In this document: in pieces, positions 1 through 13,989 of the stretch | Position numbering within the stretch: position 1 is the first letter of the stretch | Layout of the letters: every line of letters begins with the position of its first letter | Source: Lama glama | Taxonomy: Eukaryota | DNA: 64,000 nt | NCBI GenBank assembly: GCA_028534125.1 | Contig: CM052817.1 | Coordinates: forward strand, 41,790,001-41,854,000 | Reading direction: 5' to 3' | The notes under the pieces: generated by a model | Database searches by the model: none | What the model was told of the DNA's origin: nothing | What the model saw: only the letters and a program-made list of their open reading frames with translations | Program-made: the position numbers and the translations under genes

Positions 1-479
1 GTAGAGCTAAATTAAATTTACTTTCTAATAACTACATAGAATCTCCCAGTGTGGCTGTACCATAACACATTCAACTACGTCCCTATTGATGAACATTGGA
101 GGAACTAAAACTTTACATTAGAATTCGAATGCTGCAAAAGTCAATATTTCATACAGATAATATAGTATCCTATACTACTTAATGCTGTATCTTTCAAAAA
201 AGCAATTACACTGTAACTTGAAATTAATTTTTTCTTTTAAATCTATTATAATAATATTTTTCTGATTATTGATGAGAATTACACAAAAAACTCATTCTCA
301 GCTAATTTTCTTGGTTTTTACTTTTCTGCAGCAAAGGGGAACTGAAGCAGCAAGAACAGAACTTCCATATATTCTCCCAGTCAAATCTATCAATTCTTGC
401 ATCTGGACCCAAAAAGACTCTGCCCCCCCCTCCCATCTTATAGGTTGAATTATCCATCTTCCTATCCAAGAGCCCAACT

Positions 480-2020
480 CTCCAACTTGTATGCTGGATA
501 CCATTGCCTCTCACCTACGCAAAGATACTACTCTAGAGGCCTTCCCTTTATTTTATCTTTACTTTTCCTTCTCTAGTGGATTTCTCCATTGATAAACATA
601 TGTCCTATAATTTCATCTGCTTTAAAACAGTTGAGCAAATGACTCTGTGACCCCTTTTTTCTCTCTGGCCACTGGTCTATTTCTATACTTTTCATTACGG
701 CAGAGTCTTCTAATAATTAGTGTAAATACTACAGTTTTCTATACTCATTCCCTCATCTTCTTTTTTTCTCTTGGTCCTACTGCACTCAGGCTTGTATACT
801 CACCCTACTCTTCAAAGCACTTCTTACCAAAGTCACTGACAGCTTCCATCTTGCCAAATCTAATGGGTCATTTGTTTGTCTTCCTCTTTATCTGCCAGCA
901 GCATCTGGCCCGGTAGATCACTTTCTCCTTTAAACAATTCCTTTACTTCTACACCAGTTTAGCATCTCCTTGGATTTTCCTCCTATTTCATTCAAGTGTT
1001 CTTTGCTCTTCTTTTTAACCACTAAAATGTAAACCTCCATGAAGGGCGGGTTTTTGTTTCTGTCTTTTTATCAGCTACATAATATACCAGCACTTAAAGT
1101 ACAGTCTGGCATGTAGACCACGTAGTAGACTTACAGTATGCTTGCAAAACTATTGACTTTACACTGAATTATCAAGGTAGATACTGGTAATTTTGGCACA
1201 GTAAACTCCAAGAGTTCCTATTAATTTGTAAAATGCCTAAACAGAATTAATTATACTCTCTCATGACCCAACTTTTCTCCTGACTTTCCTAGTCAATTAA
1301 TAATGCGATCATTCATCTCCCTGGATGATGCAGTACTTAAATCCAAATTTAATCAGCTGCCAAGTCCTATAAGGTTTTATATTTACTGTATCCCTTCCAA
1401 CTGGATTCCTTGGCTTCTATCCTTCCATAGTTCAAATTATTCTTCATACTGTTAAGAGATTAATCTCTTATAAACTGAAGATTGAGAATGACAATTTGCA
1501 ATTTATAAATTTTTAACTTCCTAAAAGCAACAGATTAAATACAAACTCCTCAGACTGGCCTTTAAGACCCTACTAAATGCAGAATCATGCCCCTCCATTA
1601 GCTTCATTTAGTTATCCCTAAATATCCATGAAACAGAACCATCTCTTTTTCCCAAAGTAGATACCTGTCATAAATTATACAGGTTCCTCTCTCCCCTGAA
1701 TGACCCCTTCATTAAGTACTTGCCTAACTGTACTTTGCTTGGTTTCAGCTTAAACTGATTCTCCCCATTCCATTTGCTTATCTCATACGATACTTTTTCC
1801 CGTTCAGCTCAATGATACATGAGCTGTGTATACATGTCCCCCACTGTATGACCATATCATGGCATGCTCTGTTAGGTCATAGCCGTATGATGCTCTCTGT
1901 ACTCTTTCTTGTTACAGTTATTGGTACTTTTATAAGAAATGCAAGCTGTAGTACATTTCTTATTCATGATTAAATTCTGTATAGCACCTAGCAAAATACT
2001 TTGTACAGAGTATACAATTA
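480..2020 (+). mobile_element. Degenerate LINE-2 fragments
   Basis: L2-typical motifs: ttgccaaatctaatgggtca (851), gtagatcactttctcctt (913), aatgtaaacctccatgaagggc (1026), tagcacctagcaaaatact (1982). Confidence 0.65.
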
Positions 2021-3099
2021 ATTTTAAGAGTAATTAAACTAAGGTGATAAATAGGGCAAAATGGTGTGCAATCTCCTGATAAATACCATTGTGATATTGG
2101 ATTTAAAAGAGAAACTGTTGATGTAACTAAATATGCTGTGATCAATATATTAACTTTACAGAAATTACTTTTTAGTTATAGACATGATAATGTTATGTCT
2201 GCATAGATATCAAGATTTAGTTTCAAAAATATGCTTTGTTCAAAAAAGAACAAGTCTTGCAAAACAGTACTCTGTATAATAAAAATTCTTCAAATTCATC
2301 TGACATCATATTTAGCAGATATTAAAATTTTCTATCTATAGTGACAAAATTACCCAGGAAATTTAATTAATGGACATAGCATATTTATTTACATATCACA
2401 TTAATACTTACATGAAAATATAAAATATTTTCATCTGGATTTTGCAGAGCAAAGTGATTGATGTGATTCTCTAATGATAAACTGCAGAGGTTGTCACTTT
2501 CTATACACAGGGGGCCACTAATTAATCTTGAGTAACCCTCTGAGACACAGAATATAAGCAGTATGCCCAGAGGAGGAAAATAATAATTCACCAGAAAATA
2601 GACACAGAGGAAAAACAGACTACATTTCAACAAATACAGTGAGTACTATAGGTGATATCCAGTGTCACTACTGGAGTTCACCTTAGGGGGAATTATAAAA
2701 TTCCCAAGACTAATCCTGAAACATGATTACACGTGTATCCTAACACTCTGTGGAGGAAAATATATGAAGACAAGTTTGGAGCTGCTGCTTAACTAAACAC
2801 TGGCAATGGAAATACTCTGAGTATTGCTCTGTTTTCATAGGCTAATAAGTATTATGCTCTGAACTTGAGACAGGGTTATTTTGCCCAAGGGATGTAAACC
2901 TGAACAAAACAGGTGGCTAATTAAGAGGAAAGAAGGGTCAAACTCATAGTGCAGGCAGGCAATGCTAGGGGCCAAAATGACTTGGTCTGCAGTCCACTGT
3001 TCCTGCTCTCATCTCCTGCCAGCCCTGGTACACCCAACATATACGCCTCTGGTATTCTAGCAGGTCTAAGGACTTCACATTTCCCCAGATGCTGCAAAG

Positions 3100-3574
3100 C
3101 TGGATTGGGCTCACGGGCGTACCTCCCAGCACCCACACAGCATCCTGGACTCAGAAGGGACCTGCATTTGGTTTAATTATTTTTTATTGTGGCAAAATAG
3201 ACATAAGTTAAAATTGACCATTTTAATCATTTTTAAGTGCAATCCAGTGGCATTAAGTACACTTACCATTGTGCAACTATCACCACCATCTATTGCCAGA
3301 ACTTTCTCATCATCCCAAACTGAAACTCCATACCCCTTTAAGAAGTAACTTCCCCTCCCCCCCATCCCTGTGACCACTAGTCTGCTTTCTGTCTCTTTGA
3401 ATTGGACTATTCTAGGTACCTCATATAAACAGAATCATACAATATTTGTCTTTTTGCCCACACTTGGTTTAATGCTTCACTGTCTCTGCCTTGAAATTCT
3501 TGATAATCTTAGAACAAGAGGCCCTCAGTGTTCATTTTGCACTGGTGCCCTCACAGATTATGTAGCTAGTCCTG
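3100..3574 (+). mobile_element. MER45A-like hAT-Tip100 DNA transposon, interrupted by an L1 3' end
   Basis: ctcagaagggacctgcatttggtttaat...gcttcactgtctctgccttgaaattcttgataat...ttcattttgcactgg...attatgtagctagtcctg follows the MER45A consensus as recalled. Confidence 0.75.
3178..3456 (-). mobile_element. L1MB-type LINE-1 3' end
   Basis: Starts with a T-rich tail, then attgtggcaaaatagacataa...cagtggcattaagtacac...ccattgtgcaactatcaccacc. Flanked by duplicated ttggtttaat (3168-3177, 3464-3473). Confidence 0.85.
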
Positions 3575-3821
3575 CTGTGATTAACTAATTCCCTACCTAT
3601 GTCTTCTCTACACCAGAAACACCTCCACGTCCTTCTGAGTTCTACTCAACTTCATCTCTTCTATGAGATGAAGAACAGATGCTGTGACCCACCACACTCA
3701 CTAGTGCATTCTGCTCACTGATAGCACTCTTCACACTGCATTGTGATCCTTTCTTCTAAAATCTGTCTTCCCTGCTAAGGGGAATGTCTGTGTCTTACTT
3801 CTCCTTGTATGCTCCACACCT

Positions 3822-4205
3822 GGCGTAGCTCCTGAAATGTGTCCCCCGCAAAATGCACGTGTCAAAGCCCTAATCCCCAGTGTAATAGTATTTGGAGATG
3901 GGGCCCTTGGGAGGTTATCAGGTTTAGATGAAGTCATGGGAGAGTGGGGAGGGCGCCCATGATGGGATTAGTGTCCTTATGAGAAAAGAAACCAAAGATC
4001 TTGCTCTTGTTCATTTCTGCCACGTGAAGACACACTGAAAAAAGTGTCCCCCAAGTCAGGAAGAGAGCCTTCACCAGAAACTGACCATGCCAGCACCCTT
4101 TCCTCAGACTTCCAGTCTCCAGGAAAAAAATGTGAGAAAATAAATTTCCGTGGTGCAAGCCTCTAGTCTGTGATGTTTTGTTATGGCAACCCGAGCAGTT
4201 TGGGA
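3822..4205 (+). mobile_element. MLT1A-family MaLR solo LTR inserted in an L2 fragment
   Basis: aatgtgtcccccgcaaaat...ccctaatccccagtgtaatagtatttggagatggggcc...gatgggattagtgtccttat...ttttgttatggcaacccgagcag. Confidence 0.85.
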
Positions 4206-6076
4206 CAGTCCCACACAAAATAAGTGCTCTAATACGTCTACCCGGTACAAGGACGGCTGCACGCCCCCACAGGGGATCACTCCTGGCATTGTTACCAGAC
4301 TCTAAATTGAGTAAGAACTGAGGGAGAAACAATAGAACACTGGGAAATGTGGCAGCTTTGGTGGTCCAGAAACTCTAGTCAGGGACCTGATCTAGGCACT
4401 GAAACTGTGAACTGTAACTGTGTGTCTATATTCTCTTTTTTTTTTTTGTAACTGTGTGTCTATATTCTCAAGAAAGTCTAAACCAAGTCTTAGACTCCGT
4501 GTTTTAGACATCTGATAGGTTTCTCCAAGTGTTTCTGATTCTGTAAGTCTCTAGCTCCTTTTCTTTGGAACAAGAAATAAGAATAAGGCTTATTTGTATC
4601 TTTCATATCAACTCTGAGTTCTCATCTGGGCACCTATGACTATTCATAAGAAGGACGGCTAAATAGGCTTCAAAGCCTACAGTGTCACAAGCACACATAT
4701 CAATACAGTGCACAGTAATATTTACATGTGAAGGAAATGTCCTCAAATTGGAGCCCTTTGGCATAACTTAACTCCTTGCCACACCTCAACAAGTAAACTG
4801 AATAAAATTTCTCCAAGCAGAGAATTGGAATGGAACTGTGCAAAGAGTCTAGGACAGAAGGGTTGGAGTCATTTGTTTTCAGTTCACCAGCCATGCTCTT
4901 ACTTGTTGTGTAACTCTGGAAGTTTCCTCATGAGTCAACACAAGAGGATTTGGCGAATCTCCCTGAACTCCGAACACTACCAAAGTCACCAGTTTCCTTC
5001 CCATCTAAAAGCTGGGTGCAAGTAGAAATTTAAAAAGAGAATTGCCCTTATTGCTAGGAATTAACCATGATATTATAAATAAAATATTTTAAGACACTCA
5101 ATCATATGTGACAAAAGAAACACTGTACTGACTCTTTAGCAGTGGCTTCTCCAGTGAAGACAGGGAAATAAGGCACCATGACCTTTGGTTGAACTGTTGC
5201 TTGGACATGTTGTCTTTTAAAGGACATGATAGAAATTATAGATGTCTGCTAATCACTGTCTGCCATGCTTCTAAGTCATCTAATAGGCTTGTTCTAGTGT
5301 TTCTGTTAGCTCCTTTTCTATGGAATGAGACTGCCATACTTGTTTGTATCTTTCATGTCAACCTTATGTTCTCATTTGGGGACCTGTGACAAGTAAACGA
5401 GCCTGGCTGGTGAACAGCTTTACATAAAATGAAATGCTATAGTGCTGGGAATTCCTCTTTAATTTTAACTTTAAACTCGATCTTTCGGTTGCATGACTGA
5501 CCACCTTATTATTACCTGTACTGAAAAAGGTCCCATCAATACTGAATGTCTTAGGTCCACAAACCAAAGACAAACGCTGCCATTGTGCAGCACTGTGTAA
5601 CCTGTCAAGGAAATGCACAGGCATTGACAACCACTTCTTTCCGAAGTAAGGGAGTTTCACAGGAATGAAAATGCATGTCTATCACTTCTCCTTTTTACTG
5701 TACATCGTATTATATCTATTATACCTTGATGACAATGACTTTTTTCTCATTTTCCCTCTTTTTGTTGGAATACAATCTAGAGAATATTATCCATATCTTT
5801 TTTATAGCCCTTCCATACTAACATTTTATCTTCATTAAGCATAATACAATGGGTCTTACATTCTTGATCTCTAAAAAAATGAACAAAAGTAATTTATGAC
5901 AGACCCAGTCTTTATAGCATCCACAGATGGACATAATCTTTATTTTTGACTGAAGTTTCAGAGTACAGTTTCAAACTATTTTATTTTTTGATAGGCATGT
6001 CAAACAACACTTTTTTAAAAAAAAACTTATATTTTTTCTCTTTTCTAGAATACACTCATACTTTAGTTCTCTATAG

Positions 6077-6279
6077 CAGGGGTTGGTGAACTTTTTCTGT
6101 CATGGGCCGGACAGTATATACTTTCTATTTTGAGTGTCACACGGTCTGTGTTATAATTAGCTAACTTTGCCATAAACAGTGTGTAAATGAATGAGCACAG
6201 ATGTGCTCCAATAAAGTTTTATTCACAAAACAAACAGCAGGCTGGATTTGGCCCACAGGCTATAGTTTGCTGACTCCTG
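6077..6279 (+). mobile_element. MER58A-like hAT-Charlie DNA transposon
   Basis: Terminal inverted repeats caggggttggtgaact / agtttgctgactcctg, with internal ccaataaagttttattcacaaaa and ggatttggcccacagg. Confidence 0.85.
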
Positions 6280-8519
6280 CTCTGTCTTATTCTAGAAAGT
6301 GTTGTGCAAGTCACAAACAGGATGCCAAGATACATTGATTTAGAATGAGCTTTTCCATCAATTATGTCACTTTGGGCATGTCTCTTAGCCCATCTGGGCT
6401 TCCTCATTTGTAACGTGAACATGTGTCATCTAGGTGAATGTTATCAAACCCTAACACTTCAGTAGTCACCTGAGGATCCCCTTCACTTGTGAACAAATGC
6501 TAGGAAGTTAATGATAAAACCTGTGAACAGATTTTTTTTTAAATCTTAAAGTATCTTTTTTTTTTTGCAAAATATTTTAATTTTTGATGGCTCTCCTTTG
6601 AAAAGTAAACTTTTAGAACCACTCTATAAAATGTCTGAGTGGTTATAAACAAAATACTCCATTCTCCACACCTGAAGATTAAATACTGGAAAGAAAGGGT
6701 CTGAGGATGATCTGGCTGTGGTACCTGACACCACATGAACAGCCAAGGTTAAGGCTGCTGTTCTGCCCAGCCAGGCAGATGCTCTCTTTCTCTCTCTCTA
6801 ATTCCTGTCTATACTTTCAAAGAAGAGAGTGAGCTTTCAGGAGAAAGATGGGCCTTTGTTTTATAGACCCTCTGAGGAATATTCGTGGCTGTGGTACATG
6901 ACAATTGAGGTAGTACTCAAAAGGTCTGTCATTTTGGTAACAATACAGTACTTCTATTAAAAAGTAGAGATGCTGATAAGATTTGCTTTTCATGGTACAT
7001 TTCCTTTAGGTATTAGTGAATTTATGTGAACTTTCTTCCAGGAAACATATAATTTATAATTCTATCAGAATGTAAAACTATCCAGTATCAGTGGGCCATA
7101 TTTAACAAAAGATCTAAGATCACCAAATTCTCTGCAGTTGCCTACAGTAGTAGAGCTAAGTGAGGGCCATGGTTGCTAGGAACACTACTAATGGACAGAT
7201 GAATGCCTGCTGCTATTTTCAGTACTAACATGGATCATAAAAATCCACTTCCTAGCAAATGACTGCTGTATTACCTGAGGGGAATCTGAGGGCAGCTGTG
7301 AAAACGTAAATGAGAATGTAAAATAATGAAGTAAACTGCTTATTTTACCTTTACATTTCTCTCTGATTAATTTCAATTTTTAAGAATAAGTCACAGAGGA
7401 TAAAAAGAATATAGCAATCACTAACATAATTATTACTTGTAAGCAATTTTGTTTTGGAGAATTTATCTTACCTTTTTTTTTTTTCTTTCTCTTCAGTTTA
7501 TTTATTTGTTCCTGCCTCATCTCAGAAGCATTGATGGTGGCTTCCTAAAGTCTAACTAGGGTTCCTCACTTAGCTTTTAATAAAATGCACTATTTTAACA
7601 GAATTTAAAAATGTGAATTTGCTTTCTTTGACTATTACTTATTTTGTCTAAATGTAATGGAAGTAAAGTAGGAGAGTGGAAGCGGCTGTTAGTTACAGGA
7701 TAGCTGTTTGCAGCAGGGAATAAAAAGGAGAAGAAAAAGCAGATTCCAGATCTTTAACTTATGGTAAGGAAATTTCACTCCACATTCAGTATCCTGTGGG
7801 GGTAGCTCTCTCATGACTCACATTTTCTGTGGGGAAAGCTGCATATGACAATCACTATTTCAGCTGTTTTCAAGCTTAGCTCTTTGCATATTAAGTTCAA
7901 GAAGAGCTGGAAAGTAATAAATGAAAATTTGGCATAAACATGCATAAAATTAACTTCCTACTTTATAATTCTAATGATTACAGAATTTTATAAAGCTAGA
8001 TTACTCTAAGGATGCCTATCTTAAGAAAAGTAATTTTTTTTTTACCATAAATCATTTCATATATTAAAGTCCTTTGGGAGATAGCATAATAAGAAATGAT
8101 TTACAATGATCTCTGTGGGATACATAATGTTAATTATATTTCTCTATTCATATGTTGCTCATTTCAAGTTAGACAAAGGGTATCCTACATCTTTCATATT
8201 TTAGTAATTCAAGTTTAACTGATATTCACTATATAGAACTCTTTGTCAACCTTTAATGTAACTACAATTTAATAACAGATGCTCATAATGATGTCTCCAA
8301 AGAACTAAAAAAACTCCTAAATGCTTTTAAGAAGCTTAGAAAATTCAAATTAGGAGATCTGATGTGGTTGTACTTTTGAGTACAATTTAATAATTCAATT
8401 ATAGTAGCCTATCAAGAAAATTGTATGCCTTAACATGCTACTTGTTCAACTTGCATGCCTTAACATGCTACTTTATGATAATTGCAATCAAGGTAGAATG
8501 TTTAAACAGCTAAGTGAAA

Positions 8520-8730
8520 AATATTAGAAATAATAGCTAACATTAATACAGCAGTTACAAAATAGCAGGCAGACATTTTTAAATATATATGACACTGGAG
8601 ATAGATACTATGTGGGAACTGAGGACCAAAGAGATTAACTTGCCCAAGAAGTTGACAACAGAGTTGACTTGAAGTGAGCTTGATCTGGCTCTAGCACCTC
8701 CCCTGCTCTTAACCATTATGCTGTGCTATC
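8520..8730 (-). mobile_element. MIR SINE fragment
   Basis: gggaactgaggaccaaagagattaacttgcccaag...tctggctctagc...gctcttaaccattatgct matches the MIR core. Confidence 0.7.
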
Positions 8731-8982
8731 TCAAGAGTTTTCCTCTCAGCGAGAAGGAGTTTACATTCAATTTTTTATTTTAATAGGTCCATAGTTTATC
8801 ATTCTCTACATTATTTAAAATGTTTACAGAGGGAAAATACAAAACCATGGAGGAAAAAGCCTATAACTAAGACTAATTATTTTCAGGAAACACTGTTTCT
8901 CATACATTAGCATTGTTAGTATTGTACAAATTTGGTCTCTGAGCAAAATGTGTAATTAGTAATGTTCAAAGCAATTATTCTC

Positions 8983-9041
8983 TAAATAAATAAATAAGTA
9001 AGTAACTAAGTAAGTAAGTAAATAAATAAATAAATAAATAA
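8983..9041 (+). repeat. (TAAA)n/(TAAG)n tetranucleotide microsatellite
   Basis: Directly visible. Confidence 0.95.
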
Positions 9042-11569
9042 TTCTCCCATGAAATTCAGATGCAGGCAAAGAGGTAAGATTTAATTTTTTAAATGGCTAG
9101 TTTAGTTGTAACCTTAATTAGACTCAAAGAAAATTGAAGAAAGAAGGTCTGTTCCTGATAGTATCTTGCCAGATAGGAAACCCTAAAGCCACAGCATAAC
9201 CTGGTAAAAAGTGTCCTAAGAATGAAAATTAAACAAAATGATAAGGTCTATTAAAATTAGCAAGAAAGCCATATTGTTTTAAAAATAATTTTGATGCTAG
9301 AAAATGATTTTTATCACCAAATGTTCATATCATAATGAAATAAATCAATAAAATGAACTACAACATGAAAACTATAGAGAAAATGGTCTGAATAACTCTA
9401 ATTTTCCAAAATGCTTTTACTACTGTTAACATCACTAAAGCAATCATAATCTATGATGATATGGATTAAAAAGGAAAAAAATTGAAAGAAAATATATGTA
9501 CATTGACTTGAAAACAGTTCGTAACAGTCAGAATTATGCTAGTAGTTGAACATTGCAAGAGGCAAAATGAATTGCCTCCTCATTTTCAAAATGAAACATA
9601 TAAACTCGAACATCTGAACTACTAGGATTATAATATACCAAAAAGCATAAAGGAAAGGTTGGTTACTTAATGGGAAATTATTAAATGGGAAGAAATGCAT
9701 ATGGCCAGAAATCCTACCATATAATTTTTTTCTTTTTTAATATTTAATTTTATCAACTACTAATTTCTAGCCCTGTTCTGTAATTCATAATTGGTGCTTC
9801 ATATTTATGTTAGCATCTGTTTTAAGAATTTGCATTGTATACTATAAAGTTTATCAAATTTATTAGCCAAAAATATATATAAACACAATTAAAAGCATAC
9901 ATTATATAATAATAGATCAACAGATATTTCATAAATATCAATTTTAAAATAACAATAGAGTTTAGTATTCTTATCTACTAACTTGGTAACATTCAATAAC
10001 TATAAAATCAACACTTTTATTGTACTTTGAAATTAAAGTTAAAAAGATAATCCTAGTGACTACAATATAGCTTAACATAGCAAAGACTGGGACAATTGAT
10101 GTGAACATGTTATTTTATAACTAATTTAAACAAGATTAATACAGGAAGTAACTAAATTTTATGAATAGCCCTATAACTGATCATACTTCTCTTATGCTTT
10201 CTAATTTTAATATTTTAACAGTCTAAATGACATCTTCCTGTCATTAAGGGGGTTTGGTGAGGGTCTCTTCTCATTTTAAACCTAATTAATCTCTAAAATA
10301 TATTGTGCTAATGTAATAATGTTAACATAACTCCTTAGTATATTTGGATAAAAAAATAATAATTTACAAGTCTGCCTACTCTTAGCATTTATTTCATATC
10401 TACCATTAATCAAGTAATATCATTTAAGTACTTATAAAAATATTATGCTGTATGGTCAATATATTAATTAATAATAGATGGATCATTAATTTCCTTCTAT
10501 AATAATAACATATAATAAATAAATAATTTAATGCCAGGTACTAAATAATTAAATGTATGTGCTGAAAACTTTATCATCATAATTTGTCCTTCTTTCAATG
10601 AGTCCCATGGCCTTAAAGAAATGCATTTTCCAGGTCCTTGGACTATTTCAAACTTTTGACAAGTTTATCCAAGAAGAAGAAAAATTAAAAATCTTTAAGG
10701 AAGAAAATCAAAATATAGAACTATCTCTGTTTCCAAAATATAAAAACAATTGGTATTGTCAAATACTCTACCAAGGAAATTACTCTATAAGTTGTAAGGT
10801 TTTAGGAAACTATATCTATCAACAAACCCTTAAAAGAAAATAAGAATCCTGAGCTAGACTGATTTATAGTTGTGTTGTAGTGTGTGCATATCATCTATCT
10901 TAGCAAATACAGTAGTTCTGCAATTGCATTATTAAAATATTCCCCAAATTTCAACATACTGCATCACCTAATTTGGTGGGGTATTTTTTTTAAATGTTCT
11001 TAGAAACTCTGTAATTTGGAATGTGCTTATAGTCAGGATTATAACCACCAACTATCATTGAACTGTAGACCCACTGAAGTGGTGGTTATCGGGGCTTTTG
11101 CTGCGAAACAATAAGCATATGTCTTTCATTTGCCTTAAAATGAACAAAATGTGATTAGATAATAATTTGAACACTACAGTTGCCACTAATATCTTTTATA
11201 ATGCATCCAAAAACATAGTATTTCTTTAGCTTATTATCTCATGATTTATTTAAAAATTGCACTCTTAATTTAGTTATCACTCATGCTATAGCTTTTAAAA
11301 CAATGGTATTCATCAGTTTACAAAGTAGAAGACAAATTTAGAGCAGGCAGTAAATTTTCCTTTTAAGACATCTTTAAAGATAGGACTTTTCTGATAACTG
11401 CTAAATTAAGTCTGGCATATGCAACTTTCACAGATGCGGGGTTATGAGGTTGAATTTGAAATGATTTTACTCTACCATTAGTCAATGGTTTCCTTTTCTC
11501 TGCCACAAAGGAAAAATAAACAGGCACTTACACAAATACTGCTTTTGTACCTTTACTTCCATTAACTCT

Positions 11570-12030
11570 GGGAGTCCTAGTCAAAGTATGTTGAGCCTCT
11601 CAGTCTATCCTCCATATCTCATGGTTGTCTTACCACATTTCTTATCTCTCTGCTTCTTTGTGCTGATTTCTGAGTGAGTTTCTCAGTTCTATCATTCAGT
11701 TCACAAATTTTCTCTTAGCCTATGTTCAATCTAGAATTTATTCCACCTAGAGCTTTTATTAACTTCAAAAAAACAGTTGTATTTCCAAAAGTTTCATTTG
11801 GTTCTATTTATATCAAATTATTTGTGTGTCCTCACTCCCTTTATTGTTCCCTAATTTTTGTTCTTTATTCGTGGATATTATTATCAGACTATTTCATAAA
11901 ATTAATTCATCTTGGATGCATTCTTCTGAACATCTGCCTAGTTTTGTTGGCTTCATTTCTTAATGTTAATGAAGTTTGCTCCCAATTTTGTTATCTTGGT
12001 TTGCAAGCTTATCTGAATGAAAGGAATCCC
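11570..12030 (-). mobile_element. Ancient L1/HAL1-like ORF1-region fragment
   Basis: T-rich stretch (tttctcagttctatcattcagttcacaaattttctctt...atgttcaatct...atttccaaaagtttcatttggttc) typical of antisense old L1M/HAL1. Confidence 0.5.
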
Positions 12031-12879
12031 TTCTCTCCCCAACCCTTCCTTTCTCTCTCTCTCACTGGCGTCACTCTCTCTTCCTATTATAAGCCCTCTT
12101 CATTCTTCTGTATTGTAGTTATTTCCACTTAGCCTCTTAATGAGTTAAGTCCAGAATCAAACTATAAAATGATATCACTGATAAGACAGATTTAGAAACT
12201 AAGCCAATGAGCAACTTGACTCATTTTCAATTAAAAAAAAGTACTCTGTTGGTATTCTTGCTTACTTTGGCCTATGGGGTCTTATAAAGCCATAGCCCCC
12301 AGCTCGCAATCACAACCATAATTCTAACTTCCTTTCCTGAGGGGGCCTGGAATAGGCAAGAGTCATTCCCACCCCAGACACGAAACGCAGTAAGCCCATT
12401 CTCTCTAATTTCAAGTACTACATAGTGACTACATGTTATTCAGACCGTGTTTCTGGTCTACAGAGATACTGATCATGCCTTGAGCCCAGCTGTATCTTTC
12501 AGACAGTCTTTATTTTCACCTTTCATTGCTACTTTCTGGAGCAGAGGTAGTGCTTTAAATGTGAATTCACTGTGCTATCCCAACCAGAAATGCAAGTTAT
12601 TATTAAAAAGCTACTGATAAGAAATATTATAAAGACCAGTGAAGTTAACATATTATCAGACAAGAGGGTTTTAGAAAAGGTGCCTCTATAAAAGTCTTTA
12701 TCTAAGAAAGAACATTTTGGCATACTGAGATTTGAAATACAAAGCTGATCAATAACCTCTGATCTAACCTATCTGAGGATTGCCTTATCTAACCTATCTG
12801 GATAGCAGGGCTGCAGTGCAGTGTAGTGATGTGAAGAAGAAAACAGAAGCTTCCAGTATAGTTCACTTTACACCTGAAC

Positions 12880-13560
12880 CGCTGTATTCCTATTCAATGC
12901 TGCTGCTTCTTTTAGTTCATCTTACTTCCTCTCACCTGGACTAACGCAACAGTCTCCCGGTTAGTCCCCCAATATGTTTCTCCTCTTCCATGACCAGAAG
13001 AATTACTCTTCTAATAAAAAATGATCATGGCAGATCTTCAGATTAATGAATCCAATTGTTCCCTGAGCCTAAAGGAAAGAGACTGACTTTCTAAGCATGA
13101 CATTCAAGGCCTTTACCATCTTCCCCAACTTACCTCTATAGCCTCAGCTTGTACTATTGGAACTTAAGTGCCTTCTTTAGAACCAAAACATTCCTAACAC
13201 AAGGCTTCACTCTAAGACTATAAGAGTTCCTCTCCTCACAGCTCCTTTACTTGAAATATTTTCTTTTTTCCTTAATACATTCCCATCAGAAGTCTGCACT
13301 TAAACCAAGGGCCTAGAAAACTCTAACTTCCTTTAACCCAGGCTAATAATCAAATGGCTTAGAAAATCCTCACTTCCTTTCACCCAGGCCAAATATCTGC
13401 CTTTTCTGCATGCCCCAGCCCTGGGTTCACACCCCATCTGAAGCACTTATCATATTGTATTAAGTATGTTTAAGCAAATAATTACAACCAAGATCTTCTA
13501 GAGAGTCCTTATCCCATTCACTCCCCGGATCTTCAATGTTTGTCTTTAACCATTCAGTTG
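12880..13560 (+). mobile_element. LINE-2 fragments
   Basis: ctctcacctggactaacgcaacagtctcc, ctaagcatgacattcaaggccttt, agcacttatcatattgtatt. Confidence 0.65.
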
Positions 13561-13989
13561 AGCTTTTTACTCAGTGAGTCCAAAAGGACTTTTTATTAGA
13601 ATCTGGTATTTAATCTTTCATAAGTCTTCATAATATAACTACTCTCTTAAGGGGGTTTAGTAGTTCAAGTTTATTTCTTGGGAAAAGGAAAGAAGTTATT
13701 TTGAAGTAGCAACATTCACAGCACACACTTCAAGGCATCTCGGATGAAACTCATGTTGTTTCACACCTGTATCTGGATCCTGGAGGAAAAATACTTTTCG
13801 TGATATACCAAATATTTAAGGTAATAATTGATAGAGGGACGCTCTCCACTGGAAATGCTCACTGAGAACCATTAGAAAAGGGTGTCAGTGACTCTGCCAA
13901 AGGTCACTCATTTGATGAAGGAGACAGAGCTGTAGAGAGAGTGCGGAGCCTGGAAGAAGAAATAGCCACTTCAATTTATTTAAATACTG

